A stretch of 39,188 nucleotides of DNA from Syntrophomonadaceae bacterium (GTDB lineage: Bacteria > Bacillota > Syntrophomonadia > Syntrophomonadales > Syntrophomonadaceae). The stretch is from positions 1-39,188 of the forward strand of contig JAAYJY010000176.1 in assembly GCA_012522705.1 (NCBI GenBank). Reading direction: 5' to 3'. Of this stretch, positions 1 to 10,080 are shown in pieces; position 1 is the stretch's first letter; each line of letters begins with the position of its first letter. The notes beneath the pieces are model-generated. The model did no database searches and had not been told where the DNA came from. It was given only the letters and a program-made list of their open reading frames with translations. Made by a program: the position numbers and the translations under genes.

Positions 1-25
1 ATTTTAATGTTTAAGGGGTGTGACG

Positions 26-1258
26 ATGGATTTCTTCTTCGCCATCCTTAAGGAAATGGGGCGGGTGCTGGTGAATAACCTGACATCCCCCTCTTTTCTA
101 TTTCTGTATCTCCTTCTTTTTGGATTGGTAGCTCTGCAGTACCGGAGGCTGCAAACTACCTCCGCATCCATGCTGCCCTGCAGCCAAAACATCTATATGC
201 GCACCGCCTTGGTATCCACGTTGTTGGGCTTGGGGGGCGGTTTAGCTGGCAGCCTGGTGCTAATCTTGTTGGGGGTGGACCTGACCGACATTGCCGTGGG
301 ACAGATGTGGTTGACAGCCTTCCTCTTGATGCTTATTAAACCTCGGTTTTTGTGTTTCGCTTACGCGGCAGGGGTGATCAGTGCGGCTAGTCTGATGACA
401 GGATATCCGACCGTCAATATACCCCAATTGATGGCTTTGGTGGGAGCGTTGCATCTGGTTGAGAGCCTGTTGATTTTCATCAGCGGTTCAATAAGCTCAT
501 GGCCGGTCTATATAAATAAAAATGGGAGGATGCGGGGTGGTTTTAATCTGCAGCAATTTTGGCCGATACCCTTGGTGGCGTTGATAACAGTAGGGGTAAT
601 CGAACCCCGGGGAGCAATTATGACCCCGGAGTGGTGGCCCTTGCTGCGAGAGGGGACCAGCCTCGGCACGAGTCACACCTATATCTTGATACCGGTCCTG
701 GCCATACTGGGCTATGGGGAGATAACCACCACCAATTCACCGGCCCAAGCTGTGCGAAAATCTTCCCGGCATTTGCTCATTTACAGCATCGGGCTTATTG
801 TATTGGCGGTGCTGTCATCACGTTATAGCCTGCTGTTGCCCTTGATAGCACTATACAGTCCCCTCGGGCATGAAATGGTTATATGGATAGGTATGAAATC
901 GGAAAACCGGCCGGCTTTGTTCACATCTCCGCCCCAAGGAGTGATGATCCTGGACGTAGTGCCGGGGACTCCGGCTCATGCTCAGGGGTTGCGTTCGCGC
1001 GACATACTCCTGACCGCGGGCGGGGAACCCGTCAATAGTTATCAAGAGCTTCTCAACATATCCGGTCAGTCGGGGAAGACCCTGCTGCTGGAAGTGTCAC
1101 GCCACCGGCAACAATTCTCGCGGCGCTTGAAATTAAGGGAAGATAAAGCTATCGGGATCATACCCGTTCCGGATGACGGGACCCAGCGGTATTTGTGCCT
1201 CGCCGATGATGGGATTTTCGCCGTGGTAGCCCGCCTATGGCATAAAATCAAGCATTAG
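26..1258 (+). CDS. Multi-pass membrane protein with C-terminal PDZ domain (MinJ/YvjD-like)
   Basis: Many hydrophobic segments, RFLCFAYA and FWPIPL motifs, C-terminal PDZ-like 'GVMILDVVPGTPAHAQGLRSRDIL'. Located upstream of uvrB as in other Firmicutes. ATG 26 follows AAGGGG (ORF track uses GTG 20). Confidence 0.8.
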   Translation: MDFFFAILKEMGRVLVNNLTSPSFLFLYLLLFGLVALQYRRLQTTSASMLPCSQNIYMRTALVSTLLGLGGGLAGSLVLILLGVDLTDIAVGQMWLTAFLLMLIKPRFLCFAYAAGVISAASLMTGYPTVNIPQLMALVGALHLVESLLIFISGSISSWPVYINKNGRMRGGFNLQQFWPIPLVALITVGVIEPRGAIMTPEWWPLLREGTSLGTSHTYILIPVLAILGYGEITTTNSPAQAVRKSSRHLLIYSIGLIVLAVLSSRYSLLLPLIALYSPLGHEMVIWIGMKSENRPALFTSPPQGVMILDVVPGTPAHAQGLRSRDILLTAGGEPVNSYQELLNISGQSGKTLLLEVSRHRQQFSRRLKLREDKAIGIIPVPDDGTQRYLCLADDGIFAVVARLWHKIKH

Positions 1259-1320
1259 CGGTTCACCTCCAAACGGCACTTCGAATATATTAGAAGAAAA
1301 TTGGTGAAGAGGTGGCCGTT

Positions 1321-2388
1321 TTGGGCAAACGGGGGAACACCCGCTACAGTTTTGTCAGCAGTTTTACCAACCTGGGATTTAGAACCTTTGTCCCCGATCT
1401 AATAGATGGGATTAGGAAAGTATTCATTCTAAAGGGAGCACCGGGAACAGGCAAATCGACATTCATCCGTCTGGTTGGCGAAGCCCTGTCTGAACAAGGG
1501 TATGACATAGAATACTGGGTTTCATCCCTGGACCCGGTAACGCCGGACGGAGTATATATCCCCCAACTGGATGCGGCGGTTATCAACGGCAGTCTGAAAA
1601 TTCCGGTGGACCCTCAATACCCACAGATCCGGGAGATCATGATCAATCTGGGTGAATACAGTGAGGGCATTGCAGCGGGGGATTCCCGGACCGTCATTGA
1701 ACTGCTGGACTGTATAAAGGCATCACAGGAGCAGACAATTCGCTTTGTACAGGCAATCACCGAGGCCAGACAAGTGATTCGGCATTTCAACAACTCCCAC
1801 CTGGATATGGCAGCCATCCAGGCGCTTATCAATGAAATATGCGGACGGATCATGGATCACCGTACAGCGGAGAGACACTATTTTGCTCGTACCATAACCC
1901 CTGATGGTATGGCTGACTATATAGATGACTTGAGCCGCGAATGTCAAAAACGGTATATATTTAAAGGTGGCCCGGGAAGCGGCGGATCGATCATTATTGC
2001 TCATCTGATAAAACAGGCTCGGCAGAAGGGCTACGCGTTGGAATACTACCATTGCGGCATGGAGTATGATCAATTGGTGATGGTTATAATCCGCAGCCTG
2101 CAAGTGGCTCTTATTGAGACTGACAAGGTAGATATAGAGTTCCGCCAGGGTGACAAGGTGGTGGATATGCAGAAGTTCCTGGACATAGACAACGGCGATC
2201 CGTTCTGCCTTAATAGCAGCGAAACCGGCCGGCGCTGCGAAACCTTGCTTCTCCAAGCCCAGCAGGAGTTGGTCAATGTGCAGAAGCAAACGCGGCTGGT
2301 GAAAAAGTACTATTGTGAAGCCATGGATTTCGAGAGGCTGGACCAGAAACGGGCCGAGGTCATCAAGGATATCCTGAAATCAGGATAA
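1321..2388 (+). CDS. PRK06851-like duplicated P-loop ATPase family protein
   Basis: 'FILKGAPGTGKST' Walker A plus a second degenerate repeat 'YIFKGGPGSGGS'. Probable TTG start 1321 after GAGGTG (ORF track start 1312). Confidence 0.7.
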   Translation: MGKRGNTRYSFVSSFTNLGFRTFVPDLIDGIRKVFILKGAPGTGKSTFIRLVGEALSEQGYDIEYWVSSLDPVTPDGVYIPQLDAAVINGSLKIPVDPQYPQIREIMINLGEYSEGIAAGDSRTVIELLDCIKASQEQTIRFVQAITEARQVIRHFNNSHLDMAAIQALINEICGRIMDHRTAERHYFARTITPDGMADYIDDLSRECQKRYIFKGGPGSGGSIIIAHLIKQARQKGYALEYYHCGMEYDQLVMVIIRSLQVALIETDKVDIEFRQGDKVVDMQKFLDIDNGDPFCLNSSETGRRCETLLLQAQQELVNVQKQTRLVKKYYCEAMDFERLDQKRAEVIKDILKSG

Positions 2389-2633
2389 TTGGAGTAGGTG
2401 ACCATTTTACTCGGCGGTATGCTATAAGCGGATGATGCCCGCAGCAAAATGCAGTCGCCAAATGCAGCTGCCAAATATGACCAGACCAGTTATATTACCC
2501 GTATTTCAACGGATCACGTTCATCGGCGAGACAGGTTAGTGCTGGTCGACAATGTGAGGCTAAGGGGGAAACGGTTTTTTTGTTGTACCTATAGTATAAT
2601 AAGCTGATATCCTCAAAAATATAAGGAGCCGCC

Positions 2634-4625
2634 ATGCAGGAATTCAGAATAAATTCGGATTATGTACCCACTGGTGATCAACCCGGGGCTATCAGGCAGC
2701 TGGTAGAGGGGCTGCGGCTGGACTACCGGGACATGACCTTGTTGGGGGTGACCGGTTCGGGCAAGACCTTTACCATGGCTCAGGTTATCCAAGCGGTGCA
2801 GCGGCCCACCCTGGTCATGGCACCTAATAAAACCCTGGCCGGGCAGTTGTTCTCGGAATTCAGGCAGTTTTTTCCCGACAATGCGGTAGAGTACTTTATC
2901 AGCTATTATGATTATTACCAGCCGGAAGCCTATGTTCCCCATACCGATACTTATATCGAAAAGGACTCATCCATAAACGATGAAATAGATAAGTTCCGTC
3001 ATTCTGCCACCGCCTCCTTGTTGGAGAGGCGGGATGTAATCATCATCGCCAGTGTTTCCTGCATATATGGTTTGGGAGCACCGCAGGACTACTATGAAAT
3101 GGCGATTTCCCTGCGTCCAGGCGCCCAGTTGTCTCGGGAGCGGCTCTTGCACCAGCTGGTGGAAAACCATTACGAACGCAATGATACTACCTTCTTCAGA
3201 GGTAATTTCCGGGCTCGGGGGGATGTGGTGGAGATATTCCCGGCCTCCTCATGGGACAAGGCCCTGCGGGTAGAGTTTTTCGGCGATGAGATCGAGCGCA
3301 TCCTGGAGTATAAGCCAATAACCGGGGAGGTCCTGGGCAAACAGCTGCATGCCATGGTATTTCCAGCCTCCCATTTCGTGACCACCCGCGACAATATGCT
3401 GGCGGCGGCGGAGGAGATTGAGTCTGAACTAGCCGTGCAGGTAGAGAAGTTCCAAAAGGAAGGCAAACTGCTGGAAGCGCAGCGCATCGCCCAGCGGACC
3501 AGGTACGATCTGGAGATGATTAAAGAAATCGGCTATTGCAAGGGGATAGAGAACTATTCCCGTTATATCACCGGGCGCCAAGCGGGGGAACCGCCCTATA
3601 CCCTGATCGACTTCTTCCCCGAGGACTACTTGCTGTTCATGGATGAATCGCATATCTCGGTACCCCAGGTCAGGGGTATGTATGCAGGCGACCGTTCCCG
3701 CAAGGAAAACCTGGTCGAATATGGCTTCCGGCTTCCCTCGGCTCTGGACAACCGGCCTCTGACTTTCCAGGAATTCGACCAAAGAATAGACAACGTTATT
3801 TATGTTAGCGCCACCCCTGGAGATTATGAACTGGAGAAGAGCAGGCTGGTGGCAGACCAGGTGATTCGCCCTACCGGATTGCTGGATCCGGAGATAGAAG
3901 TGCGACCTACCCTCAACCAGATCGACGACTTAATGGCTGAGATCCAGGTCCAGGTGGAAAAGGGCTACCGGGTGTTGGTTACCACTCTGACCAAGCGCAT
4001 GGCCGAGGACCTCACCGATTACCTGGCCGTGAACGGGATGAAGGTGCAATACATGCACTCGGAAGTGGAAGCCCTGGAGCGCATGGAGATATTAAGAGAG
4101 CTGCGCAGTGGCGTGTTCGATGTGCTGGTGGGAATAAACCTGTTGCGGGAGGGACTGGACCTGCCCGAGGTTTCACTGGTAGCAATTCTGGACGCGGATA
4201 AGGAAGGTTTTCTGCGGTCGGGACGGTCTCTGATCCAGACTGCCGGCCGGGCCGCCCGGAATGTGGACGGCAAAGTGGTCATGTACGCCGACCGGGTGAC
4301 ACCTTCGATGCAGCAGGCCATTGACGAAACCAATCGCCGGCGGGAGAAGCAGTCGGCCCATAACCTGGCCCATGGTATAACCCCGGAGTCCATAAAAAAG
4401 GCGGTGTTTGCAGCCATTGAAGCCACAGTCCAGGAAGAACCGGTGGAATACCAGCCCGCTTTTTTTGAAGGTTTGAGCAAGAATGAGAGAAACCGCTTGG
4501 CTGCCGAGATGGAGATTGAGATGCGCAAAGCGGCTGAAGCCCTGGAATTTGAAAGGGCGGCCCAACTCCGGGATATGATCAGGGAACTGAATCTGCCTCT
4601 CAAAAAGAAGCGTAAGAAGAGATAG
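2634..4625 (+). CDS. uvrB: Excinuclease ABC subunit B
   Basis: [18 protein letters not shown] beta-hairpin, DESH, GRAAR, C-terminal UVR domain; AAGGAG RBS. Confidence 0.98.
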   Translation: MQEFRINSDYVPTGDQPGAIRQLVEGLRLDYRDMTLLGVTGSGKTFTMAQVIQAVQRPTLVMAPNKTLAGQLFSEFRQFFPDNAVEYFISYYDYYQPEAYVPHTDTYIEKDSSINDEIDKFRHSATASLLERRDVIIIASVSCIYGLGAPQDYYEMAISLRPGAQLSRERLLHQLVENHYERNDTTFFRGNFRARGDVVEIFPASSWDKALRVEFFGDEIERILEYKPITGEVLGKQLHAMVFPASHFVTTRDNMLAAAEEIESELAVQVEKFQKEGKLLEAQRIAQRTRYDLEMIKEIGYCKGIENYSRYITGRQAGEPPYTLIDFFPEDYLLFMDESHISVPQVRGMYAGDRSRKENLVEYGFRLPSALDNRPLTFQEFDQRIDNVIYVSATPGDYELEKSRLVADQVIRPTGLLDPEIEVRPTLNQIDDLMAEIQVQVEKGYRVLVTTLTKRMAEDLTDYLAVNGMKVQYMHSEVEALERMEILRELRSGVFDVLVGINLLREGLDLPEVSLVAILDADKEGFLRSGRSLIQTAGRAARNVDGKVVMYADRVTPSMQQAIDETNRRREKQSAHNLAHGITPESIKKAVFAAIEATVQEEPVEYQPAFFEGLSKNERNRLAAEMEIEMRKAAEALEFERAAQLRDMIRELNLPLKKKRKKR

Positions 4626-4646
4626 GCATATGAAGGTAAGAGCGAG

Positions 4647-7493
4647 ATGAAAGACTACATTTATATAAGAGGTGCCCGCGAGCACAACCTCAAGAATATT
4701 GACGTCACCATACCCCGGGATAAGTTGGTGGTATTTACCGGCATATCCGGTTCAGGCAAGTCAAGCCTAGCCTTCGATACCATATACAGCGAGGGGCAAA
4801 GACGTTACGTGGAATCCCTGTCCACTTATGCGCGCCAGTTTTTGGGGCAGATGGACAAACCGGATGTCGATCATATCGAGGGACTCTCCCCCTCCATATC
4901 CATCGACCAGAAGACGACTTCCCATAATCCCCGCTCTACAGTGGGTACCGTCACTGAGATCTATGACTATATCCGATTGCTGTTTGCCCGGGTGGGGCGA
5001 CCGCATTGTCCTTACTGTCATAAACCGATCCGCCGCCAGACGGTGGATGAGGTAGTGGATGCGGTACAGGCTCTGCCGGAGGGCAGTCGCATCAAGGTCC
5101 TGGCCCCCATCATCAAAAGACAGAAAGGGGAGCATCGCAAGCTAATTCAGAGACTGTTCAAAGATGGATTCACGCGGATAATCGTCGACGAACTCGAATA
5201 CACAGCCGATGAAGGCATCGAACTGGAGAAGAACAAGAAACATGACATAAGCGCGGTAATCGATCGCCTGGTGATAAGGGAAGGCATTCGCAGCCGCCTG
5301 GCGGAATCGCTGGAACTGGCTTTCCACTTGGGCGAGGGGTTGGTGGTGATCAGACTCCTGGCGGATGAAGGGGAGGAGCAGGATATGCTGTTCAGCCGTG
5401 AATTTGCCTGTGCCGATTGTGGTTTCAGCCTGCCCGAACTGAGCCCGCGCATGTTTTCCTTCAACAGTCCTTTTGGGGCCTGCCCCGAATGCAACGGCTT
5501 GGGGGAGAGAAGGGAAATGGATCCGGATCTGGTCCTGGACCTGGACCTCTCTCTGGAGGAAGGGGCCATCATCCCCTGGTCGCTTAACTCCCATAATTAT
5601 TATCGCCAGTTGGTGCTGGGCATGAGTGAGAAGTACGGAATCCCCATGGACAAGCCACTAAGCACGATGAGTCCCAGCCAGCTGGAGCTGATACTATATG
5701 GCAACAAAGGTGAGCAATTCAAGATCACCTATACCAATTCCTATGGCGAGACCGGCACTTACTATACCCGTTTTGAGGGAGTTATCAATGCCCTGAAAAG
5801 GCGCCACCAGGAGACCAAGTCCGATGTGGCCCGGGAAGAAATGGAGAAGTTCATGACCATCAGTCTTTGCCCCGCTTGCTTGGGCCAGAGGCTGCGGCCG
5901 GAGATCCTGGCGGTGCTGTTGGGAGGCAAAACCATCGCCGAGGTGACCGCCATGGCCGTGTATGAGACCATGGAGTTCATGACCCACCTGGACCTGGACC
6001 AGCGGGAAGCATTGATCGCCCGCCAGGTAATCAAGGAGATCACGGAGCGATTGAGATTCCTGATCGATGTAGGATTGAACTATTTAACCCTGGACCGTCC
6101 TGCCGGCAGCCTGTCAGGAGGGGAGGCCCAGCGCATCCGGTTAGCCACCCAGGTTGGCTCCAGCCTGGTAGGGGTGCTGTACGTGTTGGATGAACCCAGT
6201 ATCGGCCTGCATCCCCGGGATAACATCCGGTTGCTGGAGACCCTGAAGAGTCTGCGGGATTTAGGCAATACGGTAATAGTGGTGGAGCACGACGAGGAGA
6301 CCATCCGTTATGCTGATTATATAGTAGATATAGGGCCGGGGGCAGGTATCCATGGAGGGCATGTTGTGGCGACGGGGTCGGTGCAGGACCTGATGCAGTC
6401 ACCCGGTTCCATAACCGGGCAATACCTGGCCGGTATCCGTACCATTGCGGTTCCCCCGCAGCGGCGGGGAGGCAGCGGGCAACAACTGGTGATCAAGGGT
6501 GCCCGGGAGCACAATCTAAAGGATCTAACCGTCCGCATCCCCTTGGGCAAGATGGTAGTTATCACCGGGGTATCTGGCTCGGGCAAGAGCACCCTGGTGG
6601 AAGATATCCTCTATCCGGCCCTGATGAAAAAGATATACAACAGCCGGTATCGGGTGGGCGTCCATGATTCTATAGAAGGAATGATGTACCTGGACAAGGT
6701 CATCAATATTGACCAGTCGCCCATCGGCCGAACACCCAGATCCAATCCGGCCACCTATACCGGTACCTTCGACAGCATCCGGGAGTTGTTCGCGGAGACA
6801 GCGGAAGCCAGGGTCCGAGGCTATAAGCCGGGGCGCTTCAGCTTCAATGTGCGGGGCGGCCGCTGCGAAGCGTGTGCCGGCGACGGTATCATCAAGATTG
6901 AGATGCATTTCCTGCCCGATGTATACATTCCTTGTGAGGTGTGCAAAGGTAAAAGGTACAACCGGGAGACCCTGGAAGTCAAGTATAAGGGCAAGAACAT
7001 AGCCGACGTTCTGGCCATGACCGTGGATGAGAGCGTTGAATTCTTCGAGAGCATCCCCCGGATTGGGCGCAAGCTCAAGGTGCTGCAGGACGTGGGCCTG
7101 GGATATGTCCAACTGGGGCAGCCGGCCCCTACCTTGTCGGGGGGAGAGGCGCAGCGGGTAAAGCTTTCCACTGAATTGTCCAAACGTTCGCTGGGACGCA
7201 ATCTTTATATACTGGATGAGCCTACCACCGGGCTTCACCGGGAAGACGTCAAACACCTGCTGGGTGTTTTAGAACGGTTGGTGGATGCCGGCAACTCAGT
7301 CATCGTTATCGAGCATAACCTGGATGTGATTAAATCCGCTGACCACATCATCGACTTGGGACCGGAAGGCGGAGAAGAAGGAGGCCGCGTCATCGCCGAG
7401 GGCACGCCGGAGGAGGTGGCCCGCTGTCCGGATTCCTACACCGGACAATATCTTCGGACCATATTGGATGACAATCGTGGGAAAAGCAATTAA
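4647..7493 (+). CDS. uvrA: Excinuclease ABC subunit A
   Basis: Two ABC modules ([26 protein letters not shown] x2) and CxxC zinc fingers; 948 aa. Confidence 0.98.
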   Translation: MKDYIYIRGAREHNLKNIDVTIPRDKLVVFTGISGSGKSSLAFDTIYSEGQRRYVESLSTYARQFLGQMDKPDVDHIEGLSPSISIDQKTTSHNPRSTVGTVTEIYDYIRLLFARVGRPHCPYCHKPIRRQTVDEVVDAVQALPEGSRIKVLAPIIKRQKGEHRKLIQRLFKDGFTRIIVDELEYTADEGIELEKNKKHDISAVIDRLVIREGIRSRLAESLELAFHLGEGLVVIRLLADEGEEQDMLFSREFACADCGFSLPELSPRMFSFNSPFGACPECNGLGERREMDPDLVLDLDLSLEEGAIIPWSLNSHNYYRQLVLGMSEKYGIPMDKPLSTMSPSQLELILYGNKGEQFKITYTNSYGETGTYYTRFEGVINALKRRHQETKSDVAREEMEKFMTISLCPACLGQRLRPEILAVLLGGKTIAEVTAMAVYETMEFMTHLDLDQREALIARQVIKEITERLRFLIDVGLNYLTLDRPAGSLSGGEAQRIRLATQVGSSLVGVLYVLDEPSIGLHPRDNIRLLETLKSLRDLGNTVIVVEHDEETIRYADYIVDIGPGAGIHGGHVVATGSVQDLMQSPGSITGQYLAGIRTIAVPPQRRGGSGQQLVIKGAREHNLKDLTVRIPLGKMVVITGVSGSGKSTLVEDILYPALMKKIYNSRYRVGVHDSIEGMMYLDKVINIDQSPIGRTPRSNPATYTGTFDSIRELFAETAEARVRGYKPGRFSFNVRGGRCEACAGDGIIKIEMHFLPDVYIPCEVCKGKRYNRETLEVKYKGKNIADVLAMTVDESVEFFESIPRIGRKLKVLQDVGLGYVQLGQPAPTLSGGEAQRVKLSTELSKRSLGRNLYILDEPTTGLHREDVKHLLGVLERLVDAGNSVIVIEHNLDVIKSADHIIDLGPEGGEEGGRVIAEGTPEEVARCPDSYTGQYLRTILDDNRGKSN

Positions 7494-7538
7494 TGGATTT
7501 GCTTTGTTTATACAATCAAGTCACTATCAACTATTGAG

Positions 7539-7565
7539 TGTCACTCTGAACGCAGTGAAGAGTCT
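7539..7565 (+). repeat. REP-like palindromic repeat (TGTC-starting), single copy
   Basis: TGTCACTCTGAACGCAGTGAAGAGTCT is nearly identical to the reverse complement of 32932-32956 and similar to 32961-32986. Confidence 0.65.
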
Positions 7566-7653
7566 AGCGAGAAGCATCCCTAAGATATACTGTATGCATA
7601 GGTAGGCAATAAGGGTGGCCCAGCGGAGATGTATCTTAGCAAATCCTGCCGAA

Positions 7654-7697
7654 TGGGAGGTTGGACCGCATTCTGGCGGGCAACCTCCCAACTTTTT
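7654..7697 (+). terminator. Probable intrinsic terminator of uvrBA
   Basis: TGGGAGGTTG (7654-7663) pairs with CAACCTCCCA (7681-7690), with an inner CCGC/GCGG pair, followed by ACTTTTT. Confidence 0.65.
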
Positions 7698-7765
7698 CAC
7701 TCCTGTCGGCACTTCGCAAATCTTGTATAATAGATTAATGAAATAGGCAAGGGAGGGGCAGTAGA

Positions 7766-8311
7766 ATGTCCTGTAGTTGTCAAACAGAGGAAAAAGCGGC
7801 CATCCAGAGAGTCAGCACCGAGACGCAAATATCTGCTCTGGAGGAATTGATCAATAGATACAAAGGCGTAGAAGGGAGCCTGATATCAGTCCTGCAAGGT
7901 ATCCAGGAGATGTATGGATATCTGCCCCGGCCGGTGCTGGAATACATTGCGAAGCGGTTGGACATAAAAAAGGCCCGCATATATGGAGTGGCTACCTTTT
8001 ATGCCCAGTTCCGGCTGACCCCGGTGGGCAAGCACCTGATCCTGCTGTGCCAGGGGACCGCCTGCCATGTCAACGGAGCTGATAAAATAGAGGCCGCCCT
8101 GTGTGACGAACTCGGGGTGGAGATGGGCGGAACCACCGAGAACCGGTTATTCACCCTAACCGAGGCCGCCTGTTTGGGCTGCTGCAGCTTGGCCCCGGTG
8201 ATGATGATCGACGGGCAGGCCTATGGGCCGCTGACCCCGGACCAGGCCCGTAAGGTCATCAGGGGAATACTTAAACAAGAAGAACAGTCTCGGGAAGAGG
8301 TGGGAGCATGA
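7766..8311 (+). CDS. NuoE/HydC-like [2Fe-2S] subunit (StnA-like)
   Basis: CQGTAC...CLGCC thioredoxin-like 2Fe-2S motif, 'YGVATFYAQF'; ATGA overlap with the next gene. Confidence 0.92.
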   Translation: MSCSCQTEEKAAIQRVSTETQISALEELINRYKGVEGSLISVLQGIQEMYGYLPRPVLEYIAKRLDIKKARIYGVATFYAQFRLTPVGKHLILLCQGTACHVNGADKIEAALCDELGVEMGGTTENRLFTLTEAACLGCCSLAPVMMIDGQAYGPLTPDQARKVIRGILKQEEQSREEVGA

Positions 8312-10068
8312 TCGTGAGGATAGGCTTAAGCAGTTGCGGCATCGCCGCCGGAGGCCTGCTGGTAAAAGAAGCCCTGGCCTTTGCTTTTGAAGAGGAGGGG
8401 CTGGGCTGGGAACTGCAGCAAACCGGATGCATCGGCATGTGCCATTACGAGCCCCTGGTGGATGTCATCCACCAGGATGGCAGCATCAATACCTATGGCA
8501 ATGTGACCGTGGATACCGCCCGGGAGATAGTGGTGGCCGAGATGAGCGGCGCAGCGTTGGAGAAATACCGCATCGCCACCGACCGGGAGCCTAATGACTG
8601 CCTGGCCGGGCAGGTCCGCATAGCCCTGCGCAACTGCGGCATCATCGATCCTGAATCCATCCGGGACTATACCGATAGAGGAGGGTACCAGGCCCTTCAA
8701 AAAGCCCTTACCCGGATGACCCCCCAGCAGGTAATCGAGGAAATCAAGATCTCCGGTTTGAAAGGGCGCGGGGGGGCCGGCTTTCCCACCTGGTTCAAGT
8801 GGAATGCCACCCGGCAGGAACCGGGAGACATCAAATACCTGATATGCAACGCCGATGAAGGAGACCCGGGCGCATTCATGGACCGCAGTCTGCTGGAGGG
8901 AGACCCCCATGCAGTGCTGGAAGGGATGATTATTGCCGGCTATGCAATCGAGGCCACTAGTGGTATCGTCTATGGCCGGGCCGAATACCCCCTGGCCATC
9001 AAAAGACTGGGCAAAGCCATCGGACAGGCCCGGGCCCAAGGCATGCTGGGCAACAAAATCATGGGCAGTAAATTCTCCTTTGACATATCCATCAAGCAGG
9101 GAGCGGGAGCCTTCGTATGCGGAGAAGAAACCGCCCTTATCGCCTCCCTGGAAGGAGAGCGAGGCATGCCCCGGCTCAAACCCCCCTTCCCCTCCCAGCG
9201 AGGCTACTGGGATAAACCCACTAACATCAACAACGTCGAGACCCTGGCCAATGTACCCTGGATAATCGCCAACGGGGGAGAGTCCTTTGCCGCCATGGGC
9301 ACCGCAGACAGCAAAGGCACCAAAGTGTTTGCCCTGGCCGGTCGCATCAAACGGGGCGGACTGGTGGAAGTCCCCATGGGCATGCCCCTGCGGGAGATCA
9401 TTTATGGGCCCGGCGGGGGGATCAAGGACGACAAAAGATTCAAAGCCGTGCAGTTGGGCGGACCTTCCGGGGGCTGCATACCCGAAGCCCTGCTGGACAC
9501 CCCGGTGGACTACCAATCCATAAAAAACACCGGCGCCATCATGGGCTCCGGAGGCATGGTGGTGATGGACGAAACCACGTGCATGGTGGACCTGGCCCGC
9601 TATTTCTTGAACTTCACCCAGGACGAATCCTGCGGCAAATGCGTACCCTGCCGGATCGGCACCAAGCGCATGCTGGAGATCATGGAGCGATTGTGCGCCG
9701 GAGAAGGCCAACCAGGAGACATAGAACTGCTGGAGATGCTGGGACAGCAGATAATGGAAGGCTCCCTGTGCGGACTGGGCAACAGCGCCCCCAATCCGGT
9801 GTTGACCACCATCAGGTATTTCCGGGAGGAATATGAAACCCATATTCATGACAAAAAATGCCCCGCCAAACAATGCAAGGCCCTGATCACATACCATATC
9901 GAAGCCGACAAATGCAAGGGCTGCACCCTGTGTGCCAAGAAATGCCCGGTCAATTGCATCAGCGGGGAAGCCAAAAAACCCCATGTCATAGACCAGAATC
10001 TGTGCACCAAATGCGGCACCTGCCTGGAAGTATGCCCTTCCAAGTGGAGTGCGGTAAGCGTGAGCTAG
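8308..10068 (+). CDS. NuoF/HydB-like FMN/NADH-binding subunit (StnB-like) with bifurcating-type signature
   Basis: GRGGAGFP, NADEGDPGAFMDR, GAFVCGEET, SCGKCVPCRIG, GTKVFALAG, and a C-terminal 2x[4Fe-4S] domain. Confidence 0.93.
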   Translation: MIVRIGLSSCGIAAGGLLVKEALAFAFEEEGLGWELQQTGCIGMCHYEPLVDVIHQDGSINTYGNVTVDTAREIVVAEMSGAALEKYRIATDREPNDCLAGQVRIALRNCGIIDPESIRDYTDRGGYQALQKALTRMTPQQVIEEIKISGLKGRGGAGFPTWFKWNATRQEPGDIKYLICNADEGDPGAFMDRSLLEGDPHAVLEGMIIAGYAIEATSGIVYGRAEYPLAIKRLGKAIGQARAQGMLGNKIMGSKFSFDISIKQGAGAFVCGEETALIASLEGERGMPRLKPPFPSQRGYWDKPTNINNVETLANVPWIIANGGESFAAMGTADSKGTKVFALAGRIKRGGLVEVPMGMPLREIIYGPGGGIKDDKRFKAVQLGGPSGGCIPEALLDTPVDYQSIKNTGAIMGSGGMVVMDETTCMVDLARYFLNFTQDESCGKCVPCRIGTKRMLEIMERLCAGEGQPGDIELLEMLGQQIMEGSLCGLGNSAPNPVLTTIRYFREEYETHIHDKKCPAKQCKALITYHIEADKCKGCTLCAKKCPVNCISGEAKKPHVIDQNLCTKCGTCLEVCPSKWSAVSVS

Positions 10069-10080
10069 GGGGACAAATCC

